The translations under genes were made by a program, and so were the position numbers. A DNA stretch of 64,000 nucleotides from Myxococcota bacterium. GTDB taxonomy: Bacteria; Myxococcota_A; UBA9160; UBA4427. Of this stretch, positions 57,071 to 64,000 are shown piece after piece; the first letter of the stretch is position 1, and every line of letters begins with the position of its first letter. The stretch lies in assembly GCA_965250285.1 (NCBI GenBank), contig OZ252299.1, positions 5,856,001 to 5,920,000 of the forward strand. The letters run 5' to 3'. Under the pieces are notes generated by a model. The model worked only from the letters and a program-made list of their open reading frames with translations, was not told where the DNA came from and searched no databases.

Positions 57071-59077
57071 ATGCGCCGTTCGAACCGCCCGCGCCGCACC
57101 CACGCGGGCCTCATTGCCGACCTTCAGATCGCATTCGCGTGTCTCATCGCGCTCATCGTGCCGGCGGGCACCGCGTGGGCGACCGACGACCTGGCCGACA
57201 TGAGCCTCGAAGATCTCATGAACGTCACGGTGACCTCGGCAGCGAAGCGTGAGCAGAACCTGGTCGACGCCGCGGCGGCGATCACGGTGCTCACGCAAGA
57301 AGACATCCGCCGCTCGGGCGCCACGAGCATCCCCGAAGCGCTGCGCCTCGTCCCCGGTCTCAACGTCGCGCGCATCAACTCGAGCCGCTGGGCGATCTCG
57401 GCTCGTGGCTACAACGGTCAATTCGCGAACAAGATGCTGGTGCTGATCGACGGCCGCGTCGTGTACACGCCGCTCTTCGGCGGCGTGTACTGGGACGTTC
57501 AGGACACGATGCTCGAAGACATCGATCGCATCGAGGTCATTCGTGGTCCCGGCGGCACGCTCTGGGGCGCGAACGCGGTGAACGGCGTCATCAACATCAC
57601 GACGAAGAGCGCCAAAGACACCGAGGGCGTGCTCGTCACCGGGATCGCCGGCAATCAGGAATACATCGGCGAGGGCCGCGTCGGCGTGAAGGTCGGCGAC
57701 CACACCGGGTTTCGCGCCTACGGCAAGGGCTTCAAGCGTGAAGCGTTCACGTACCCCGACGTCGTGACGCGTGAGCCGCATGATGCCTGGTGGCAGGGCC
57801 GGGCGGGCGCCCGGCTCGACTCGCAGCTCAGCGAAGACGACCTCTTCACGCTGCAGGGCGACTTCTACAAGGGCAAAGAGCAAGACCCGGGCGGTCTGCT
57901 CACGGGCCCCGTGCCGCCCTTCCCGCCCGACACCGAAGTCAAGGGCGGCAATGTGCTCAGCCGCTGGACCCACACGTTCACCGAGACGCAGTCGCTCGAG
58001 ATGCAGGCGTACTGGGACAACACGCAGCGCACCTGGGCCGGCGTCGACGAGACTCGAAACATGGTCGACGTGCAGGCGCAGCACAACTTTCAGCTCGAGG
58101 GGGGCGGCACCTGGCTCTTCAACTGGGGCACCGAATACACGTGGAACGGCGATGATCTCGTCTCGACCGGCGCGCTGACGTTCGATCCCGACGAGGACGA
58201 CTTCCATCGCGTGAGTGGCTTCGCCCAGGTGCAGTGGAACTACTTCGACGACCGCCTCCAGATCATCGGCGGCAGCAAGCTCGAGTGGAACAACTGGACC
58301 GACTTCGAGTACCAGCCCACCGGCAAGGTGCTCTGGAAGTTCCTCGAAGGGAACGTCGTCTGGGCATCGGTCTCGCGCGCCGTGCGGGCCCCGACCCGCG
58401 TCGAACGCGCGATCCGGGTGCTCACGGTCGTGGGCAACCCCAACGTTCAGTCCGAAGACCTGCTCGCCTACGAGTTCGGCTTCCGAAACTACGTGATCGA
58501 GAACCTGAGCTTCGATCTCGCGCTCTTCTACAACGACTACACCAACTTCTCGGCGATCGAGAACACGGTCGACTTCGCCAACAACATCGATTCGCGGGCC
58601 TATGGCGGCGAGTTCGAGGTGAACTGGAAGCCGCTCGACCAGCTGCGCTTCGTCACCAGCTACGCCTACCTGAGGGTCGAGGACGAGGTGCCGGCGAACA
58701 CCACGCAGGTGTTCGGTACCAACGAGGGCTCGGCACCGCAGCACACGTGGATGATGCGCGGTCTCTGGAGCCTGCCCTGGGCCCCCGTCGAGCTCGACTC
58801 GACCGTCTGGTACGTGGGCAAGTTGACGGGGCGATACGACCCGGTGTACGCGAGCCAGCCGATCGTGAACCCGGCCACCGATCCCATCATCGGTGCGTAC
58901 TGGCGACTCGACGCTCGTGTCGCGTGGCAGGCCCTCGATTGGCTCGGCCTCGAGTTCGCAGCGCAGAACATCACCGACAAGCAGCACGCTGAGTGGGGCG
59001 TGTCCGAAGAGCTGCAGCTCTTCCCCGGCAACTACGTCCCGCGCAGCTACTACGGGAAGGTCACGCTCTCGTTCTGA
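57071..59077 (+). CDS. TonB-dependent receptor
   Basis: SLEDLMNVTVTS, IDRIEVIRGPGGTLWGANAVNGVINITTK plug motif, terminal PRSYYGKVTLSF. Confidence 0.93.
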   Translation: MRRSNRPRRTHAGLIADLQIAFACLIALIVPAGTAWATDDLADMSLEDLMNVTVTSAAKREQNLVDAAAAITVLTQEDIRRSGATSIPEALRLVPGLNVARINSSRWAISARGYNGQFANKMLVLIDGRVVYTPLFGGVYWDVQDTMLEDIDRIEVIRGPGGTLWGANAVNGVINITTKSAKDTEGVLVTGIAGNQEYIGEGRVGVKVGDHTGFRAYGKGFKREAFTYPDVVTREPHDAWWQGRAGARLDSQLSEDDLFTLQGDFYKGKEQDPGGLLTGPVPPFPPDTEVKGGNVLSRWTHTFTETQSLEMQAYWDNTQRTWAGVDETRNMVDVQAQHNFQLEGGGTWLFNWGTEYTWNGDDLVSTGALTFDPDEDDFHRVSGFAQVQWNYFDDRLQIIGGSKLEWNNWTDFEYQPTGKVLWKFLEGNVVWASVSRAVRAPTRVERAIRVLTVVGNPNVQSEDLLAYEFGFRNYVIENLSFDLALFYNDYTNFSAIENTVDFANNIDSRAYGGEFEVNWKPLDQLRFVTSYAYLRVEDEVPANTTQVFGTNEGSAPQHTWMMRGLWSLPWAPVELDSTVWYVGKLTGRYDPVYASQPIVNPATDPIIGAYWRLDARVAWQALDWLGLEFAAQNITDKQHAEWGVSEELQLFPGNYVPRSYYGKVTLSF

Positions 59078-59155
59078 CGTCGAACCGATTCGCAGCGGCG
59101 CAGATCGCGCCGAGGGGTCCAGTCGATTCGGCGGCGGTCGAGGTGGAGGTTTGAA

Positions 59156-61120
59156 ATGACCTTGATGCACCGATTCTTCGTCCGCAGCATCGTGTCTGCA
59201 GCGGTCTTGCTCGTGGCGGCCGGCTCGGCTCAGGCCGCCGACGATCTGGCGGACATGAGCCTCGAAGACCTCATGAACGTCACCGTCACGTCGGCGGCAA
59301 AGCGTGAGCAGAACAAATCGGACGCGGCTGCGGCCATCACGGTGCTCACGCAAGAGGACATTCGCCGCTCGGGTGCGACGAGCATCCCCGAGGTGCTTCG
59401 GCTGGTGCCTGGTCTGCAGGTGGCGCGGATCGACGCGCATCGCTGGGCCATCTCGGGTCGCGGCTACAACGGACAGTTCGCAAACAAGATGCTCGTGCTG
59501 ATCGATGGCCGCGTGGTCTACAGCCCGCTCTTCGGTGGCGTGTACTGGGACGTGCAGGACACCGTCATGCACGACATCGACCGGATCGAGGTGATTCGCG
59601 GCCCGGGCGGCACGCTCTGGGGCGCGAATGCCGTGAATGGCGTCATCAACATCACGACGAAGAGCGCCAAGGATACGCACGGTGTGCACGCGATGGGTGC
59701 CGCCGGCAATCAGGAGTACATCGGCGAAGGTCGATACGGCGGCGAGGTCGGCGGGCACACGTCGTACAGGGCCTGGGGCCGGGGCTTCAAGCGTGATGAC
59801 TTCACGATGCCCGATGACGCGACCTACCAGGCTCACGACGGCTGGTGGCAGTGGCGCGTGGGAGCGCGCATCGACTCTCAGCTGACCGAAGATGATCTGG
59901 TCACGCTCCAGGGCGATTTCTACGACGGCCAGGAAGAGGCGACGTCGTACGCTTTTCCGGTCGGGCCCGTCGTCGAGGACAACGATACGACGTATCGGGG
60001 CGGCAACGTGCTCGGGCGCTGGACGCACGAGATCACCGAGAAGCAGTCGCTCGAGATCCAGGCGTACTGGGATCAGACCCAGCGCGATGGCGATACGAAC
60101 GGCGAGACGCGCAACACCGCCGACGTCCAGATCCAGCACGACTTCGTGCTCGAGGGCGGCGGGACGTGGATCTTCAACTGGGGCACCGAGTACTTCTGGA
60201 CCGGTGACGACGTCGCAAACGGCACCGGAACGACCTTCGATCCGACGAAGGAGGACTTCCACCGCGCGAGCGGCTTCGCTCAGGTGCAGTGGAACTACTT
60301 CGAGGATCGCCTGCAGGTGATCGGCGGCACGAAGCTCGAGTGGAACAGCTTCACCGACTTCGAGTACCAGCCCACCGGCCGAGTGCTCGTGAAGCCGATC
60401 GAAGGCAACGTGCTCTGGGGCTCGGTCTCGCGCGCGGTGCGTGCCCCCACGCGCATCGACCGCGACATCTTCTTCGACGCGGTGATCATTCAGGTCTTCG
60501 GCAACAAGAACATCCAGTCGGAAGACCTGCTCGCGTTCGAGTTCGGCTACCGCAATCTGATGCTCGACAACCTGACGGTCGATGTGTCGGCGTTCTTCAA
60601 CCAGTACACCGATCTGGTCGCCCTGAGTGGCACCACGTTCGACAACGGCGGCAAGTCGAAGGCGCGCGGCGTCGAGGTCGAGGTCGCGTGGGCGCCGATC
60701 AAGCCCCTGCGCTTCGTCACAGGCTACACCTTCCTGCGCATGAAGGACGACTTCGCCACGGGCTCCACCCCGATCTTCGGTGCGAACGAGGGCTCGAGCC
60801 CCGAGCACACGTGGATGCTTCGTGGCTTCTGGAATCTGCCGGTCGTGCCGGTCGAGCTCGACAGCACCGTCTGGTACTACGGCAAGCTCACCAGCCGCTT
60901 CGACCCGTCACAGCTGCCCGTCGTCGGTGACCCCGTGCCGGCCTACTGGCGCCTCGATGCGCGCATCGCCTGGCAGGCCCTCGACTGGCTCGGTCTCGAG
61001 TTCGTTGGCCAGAACCTGATCGAGTCGCAGCACATCGAGTGGGGCGAGGGTGTGATCGCGCTCTTCCCGGGCACCTACGTGCCGCGCAGCTACTACGGCA
61101 AGGTGACGCTCACCTTCTAG
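59156..61120 (+). CDS. TonB-dependent receptor (tandem paralog)
   Basis: Same plug motifs, terminal PRSYYGKVTLTF. Confidence 0.93.
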   Translation: MTLMHRFFVRSIVSAAVLLVAAGSAQAADDLADMSLEDLMNVTVTSAAKREQNKSDAAAAITVLTQEDIRRSGATSIPEVLRLVPGLQVARIDAHRWAISGRGYNGQFANKMLVLIDGRVVYSPLFGGVYWDVQDTVMHDIDRIEVIRGPGGTLWGANAVNGVINITTKSAKDTHGVHAMGAAGNQEYIGEGRYGGEVGGHTSYRAWGRGFKRDDFTMPDDATYQAHDGWWQWRVGARIDSQLTEDDLVTLQGDFYDGQEEATSYAFPVGPVVEDNDTTYRGGNVLGRWTHEITEKQSLEIQAYWDQTQRDGDTNGETRNTADVQIQHDFVLEGGGTWIFNWGTEYFWTGDDVANGTGTTFDPTKEDFHRASGFAQVQWNYFEDRLQVIGGTKLEWNSFTDFEYQPTGRVLVKPIEGNVLWGSVSRAVRAPTRIDRDIFFDAVIIQVFGNKNIQSEDLLAFEFGYRNLMLDNLTVDVSAFFNQYTDLVALSGTTFDNGGKSKARGVEVEVAWAPIKPLRFVTGYTFLRMKDDFATGSTPIFGANEGSSPEHTWMLRGFWNLPVVPVELDSTVWYYGKLTSRFDPSQLPVVGDPVPAYWRLDARIAWQALDWLGLEFVGQNLIESQHIEWGEGVIALFPGTYVPRSYYGKVTLTF

Positions 61121-61171
61121 CCGAAGCACGAACAAGCGGGGCGTGGCCGGCGACGGCTGCCCTCGCGACGC

Positions 61172-61217
61172 AAAAGAGAGAGGCCCCGGTGCACTGCACC
61201 GGGGCCTCTCTTCGTTT
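61172..61217. terminator. Bidirectional intrinsic terminator
   Basis: 17-bp perfect inverted repeat centred on 61194, with AAAA and TTCGTTT flanks, between convergent genes. Confidence 0.8.
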
Positions 61218-61229
61218 CGGCGGCCGGGC

Positions 61230-61886
61230 TCAGAAGCGGAAGACGACGTGGCCCATGTAGGTGAGGTAGTCGAGGTCGGCGAGCACGCTCGTCGGGATGA
61301 TGTACGCGACCTCGCCCGACAGCGCGATGTGGGGCGTCAGGTAGAAGTCGAGGCCGCCGCCGGCGCGACCGGCGAACGCGATCTCCTTGATCGAGCCAAC
61401 GAAGGCGCCGTTCGGGGCGTAGGAGTCGATCCCACCCCAGACCAGACCGACACCGCCCATGGCGTAGGGCTGGATGCGTCCACCGAAGGGGTAGAGCTTG
61501 AGGTTGCCGAAGCCGGTGACCGACACGAGCTCGGTGCGCGAGCCATCGGTGAAGTTCGTCTCGAACCCCTTGGCCGACCAGTCGATGCTGGCGTCGAAGG
61601 CCAGGTACTTGTTGAAGCGGGCCCCCGCGCGCAGGCCGAGGATCAGCGCCTCGCTCACGAAGTCGTTGGCCCCCTCGAACTGGCCGCGGAACATCGAGTG
61701 CGCCCCGCCGACACCGAGCGAGAGGTAGCCGCCCGGGCGCGCGAAGTCGTTCTTCTTCTGGCCGCCGCCCGCGCTGCCGAGATAGTCGTCGGCCGCCGCC
61801 GGGTGAGCGAGCAGGGCGATCCCCAGGGCGAGCAGCGAAGCGGCGAAGCCTCGGCGGATCGGTCGCGGGTGCGTGGGATGGGGCAT
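61230..61886 (-). CDS. Small outer-membrane beta-barrel (OmpA-TM/OmpW-like) protein
   Basis: Signal peptide, IQPYAMGGVG, AGGGLDFY, terminal VVFRF; SD GAGGAG. Confidence 0.8.
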   Translation of the reverse strand: MPHPTHPRPIRRGFAASLLALGIALLAHPAAADDYLGSAGGGQKKNDFARPGGYLSLGVGGAHSMFRGQFEGANDFVSEALILGLRAGARFNKYLAFDASIDWSAKGFETNFTDGSRTELVSVTGFGNLKLYPFGGRIQPYAMGGVGLVWGGIDSYAPNGAFVGSIKEIAFAGRAGGGLDFYLTPHIALSGEVAYIIPTSVLADLDYLTYMGHVVFRF

Positions 61887-62237
61887 CGGGTTTCTCCTCG
61901 TACGTGCGGTGCGAAGCGGCGGCGAGCGGTCGGGTGGGGCCGCTGTGAGTGCATCGTGCTCGGGGCCCCGTGGCGCAGCGATTGGGGTGGGCCCCGCAGT
62001 TCCAGTGGGAGCGGAACCTTCGCCGCCCGCCGTGGCCGAGCGAGTTCTCCCCGCCCGCTCATGGATCACTCTACGGCATTCGCTCTGGGGGCTTCATCGG
62101 CCAACCGGTCTAGGCCGGCTGATCGGGGCGGGAGCGGGGGGCTGAGAAGGGGCTCAGCGCGTCGACGAGGCGTGCCTCGGCCGGCTCGGTGCGGCGATGC
62201 TGCAACGTTCGCCCCACTGCTGGCCGATGGCGGTGCG

Positions 62238-62717
62238 CTAGCTCGGTGCGCCGCGCCCCTGCTCGAGCAGCTGCTTCATGCGCTCGAGCGTAACGGCGTG
62301 TGCTTCGCTCGCCTGCTTGACGACGAACCGCCGCAGACCGAACGGGGCCTTGACGAAGACACGCTCTTCGAGCCGGGTGATGTGCGGCGAGCCGCCTTCT
62401 TCGAGCAGGTAGAGGGTGACGAGGCGAACGCCCGGCGACTGCCAGGCGTGGCCGCGCACCTCGCGCGGTGAGTGTGACTCGAGGGCCGCCACGTACGTGG
62501 TGCGCAGCCGCAGCGGGCCGAAGGGGATGCGATCGACGACGCGCCAGCGGCGTGCACCGGGCAGGTGCTCGGCGGGCTCGATCTCTTCGATCGACTCGAT
62601 CAAGGGATGCAGCGGGCGGTAGTGCTCGAGGTCGCAGAGCACCGCGTGCAGGTCGTCGGCCGCGACGTCGATCGTTACGTGGTGCACGAAGTCGGGGGCG
62701 CGGCCGAAGTCAGCCAT
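62238..62717 (-). CDS. SRPBCC/START-like lipid-binding protein
   Basis: LHPLIESIEE and a long C-terminal helix typical of SRPBCC; start uncertain. Confidence 0.65.
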   Translation of the reverse strand: MADFGRAPDFVHHVTIDVAADDLHAVLCDLEHYRPLHPLIESIEEIEPAEHLPGARRWRVVDRIPFGPLRLRTTYVAALESHSPREVRGHAWQSPGVRLVTLYLLEEGGSPHITRLEERVFVKAPFGLRRFVVKQASEAHAVTLERMKQLLEQGRGAPS

Positions 62718-62859
62718 CGGGTCGCGCGCCTCCACGTAGACCCCCTTTGGCTCGTTCGCCGTGATTCGACCGGCGGGGCGACGCGCGCGCCCGTCGGTGC
62801 GGTGACCGGCGCGCGCAACGATGTGATCCGACCCGAGGTCGGTCGGGTTCACCCAGGGC

Positions 62860-63999
62860 TCACCAGGGGTGCAGCTTGACCGGCATCTCGACGTAGCCCT
62901 TCACGAAGCACGACTTCGTGCGCACGGGCTCACCGACGACCTCGACGAAGCGGAACCGCTTCATGATCTCTTCCCAGATCACGCGCAGCTGGAGCTCGGC
63001 GATGCGGCTGCCCATGCAGAAGTGCACGCCCCAGCCGAACGAGAGGTGCTTCTTCGACTCTTTGCGGTCGATGATGAACGCGTCGGGGTTCTCGATCGCG
63101 TCGGCGTCGCGGTTCGCCGAGACGTACCACATGACGATCTTGTCCCCCTTCTTGATCGACTTGCCGCCGAGCTCGGTGTCCTGGGTGGCGGTGCGGCGCA
63201 TGTGCGCGAGCGGGGTCTGCCAGCGGATGATCTCGTCGACCATCGTCGGAATCACGCTCGGGTCGGCGCGCAGCTTGTCGTACTGATCGGGGTTCTCGTT
63301 CAACGCGAGCACGCCGCCCGAGATCGAGTTGCGGGTGGTGTCGTTGCCGCCGACGATGAGCAGCATCAGCGTGCCGAGGTACGTGACCGGATCGAGATCC
63401 TGGGTCGCGTCGGCGTTGGCCATGGCCGTGATGAAGTCGAGCTTGTCGTTCGGCTTGCCCCGGCGCTCGTGCCAGAGCTTCGTGAAGACGTCGAGACACT
63501 CGAGCAGGCCGGCCTTGCGCTCGTCGGGGCCGATGCCCATGTCGCGCAGCTGGTCGGGACCGGCTGTCGCCAGATCGCTCCAGTAGGTGAGGCGCCGGCG
63601 CGTCTCCCAGTCGAAGTCGAAGAACGTGGCCAGCATGCTGGTCGTCAGCTCGATCGAGACCTTGTCGACCCAGTCGAAGGTCTCGCCGACCGGCAGCGAT
63701 TCGAGGATCTCGATCGCGCGCTGGCGCACGATCGGCTCGAGGACCTTCAGGTTGCGGGGTGACGAGACGGGCTGCACGACCTTGCGGTGCGAGTTGTGTC
63801 GCTCGCCATCCATCGTGATGAAGCCCGCGTTCTGGAGCACGGCATTGGGGGGCGGATTGAAGACCACGATGCCTTCGCCCGAGCAGAAGAGCTCGGGGTT
63901 CTTCTCGACGTGGACGATGTCGTCGAACTTCGTGACGGCCCAGTAGGGGCCGAAGTCGCTGTCGGCGACCCAGTGGATCGGATCTTCCTTGCGAAGCCG
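62860..63999 (-). CDS. Cytochrome P450, CYP153-like (5' end outside window)
   Basis: LRKEDPIHW..FGPYWAVTKFDDI, LLIVGGNDTTRNS, EIIRWQTPLAHMRR, HLSFGWGVHFCMG. Confidence 0.92.
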   Translation of the reverse strand, partial: RLRKEDPIHWVADSDFGPYWAVTKFDDIVHVEKNPELFCSGEGIVVFNPPPNAVLQNAGFITMDGERHNSHRKVVQPVSSPRNLKVLEPIVRQRAIEILESLPVGETFDWVDKVSIELTTSMLATFFDFDWETRRRLTYWSDLATAGPDQLRDMGIGPDERKAGLLECLDVFTKLWHERRGKPNDKLDFITAMANADATQDLDPVTYLGTLMLLIVGGNDTTRNSISGGVLALNENPDQYDKLRADPSVIPTMVDEIIRWQTPLAHMRRTATQDTELGGKSIKKGDKIVMWYVSANRDADAIENPDAFIIDRKESKKHLSFGWGVHFCMGSRIAELQLRVIWEEIMKRFRFVEVVGEPVRTKSCFVKGYVEMPVKLHPW

Positions 64000-64000
64000 C

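Noticed and set aside
56804..60808. 1334-aa minus-strand ORF
   Set aside because: Antisense shadow of the two receptor genes; its internal repetition mirrors their duplication.
61887..62237. Long GC-rich leader upstream of the small beta-barrel gene as a riboswitch
   Set aside because: I could not find complete cobalamin, TPP or c-di-GMP riboswitch cores; an Rfam scan would settle it.

Overview
Very GC-rich bacterial chromosomal window, densely coding, with about 49 real genes. The gene content (MshEN/T2SSE_N protein, many secreted and lipid-handling enzymes, P450s) suggests a Myxococcota/deltaproteobacterial-like organism; this is inference. I saw no rRNA, tRNA, CRISPR array, integrase or transposase. 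Blocks in order: (1) lipase, menB, SCP2-PhyH dioxygenase, sulfatase-like protein, beta-hydroxyacid dehydrogenase, an ALKBH4-like dioxygenase and a TPR-like protein; (2) a five-gene minus-strand operon (7985-13137) with a MotA/ExbB-type channel, a MotB/ExbD hybrid, a TonB-like protein with an unrecognised Cys-containing C-terminal domain and two unknown exported helical proteins; (3) zwf-pgl-gnd; (4) membrane, regulatory and signalling genes plus epmC; (5) a 15.5-kb nitrate-assimilation cluster (fused nirB-nirD, a DmsB-DmsC fusion, a signal-less nitrate reductase, nasT/nasS, nrtABCD, porin) with sigma54-type promoters and two ANTAR antiterminator leaders; (6) a DAACS-SBP fusion, bcp and a lipid-related region with two P450s, a large secreted hydrolase and two tandem TonB-dependent receptors. 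Best candidates for undescribed biology: the proton-motor operon, the apparently quinol-coupled assimilatory nitrate reductase, and the bacterial ALKBH4-like protein. All family calls come from motif recognition by eye, not database searches.
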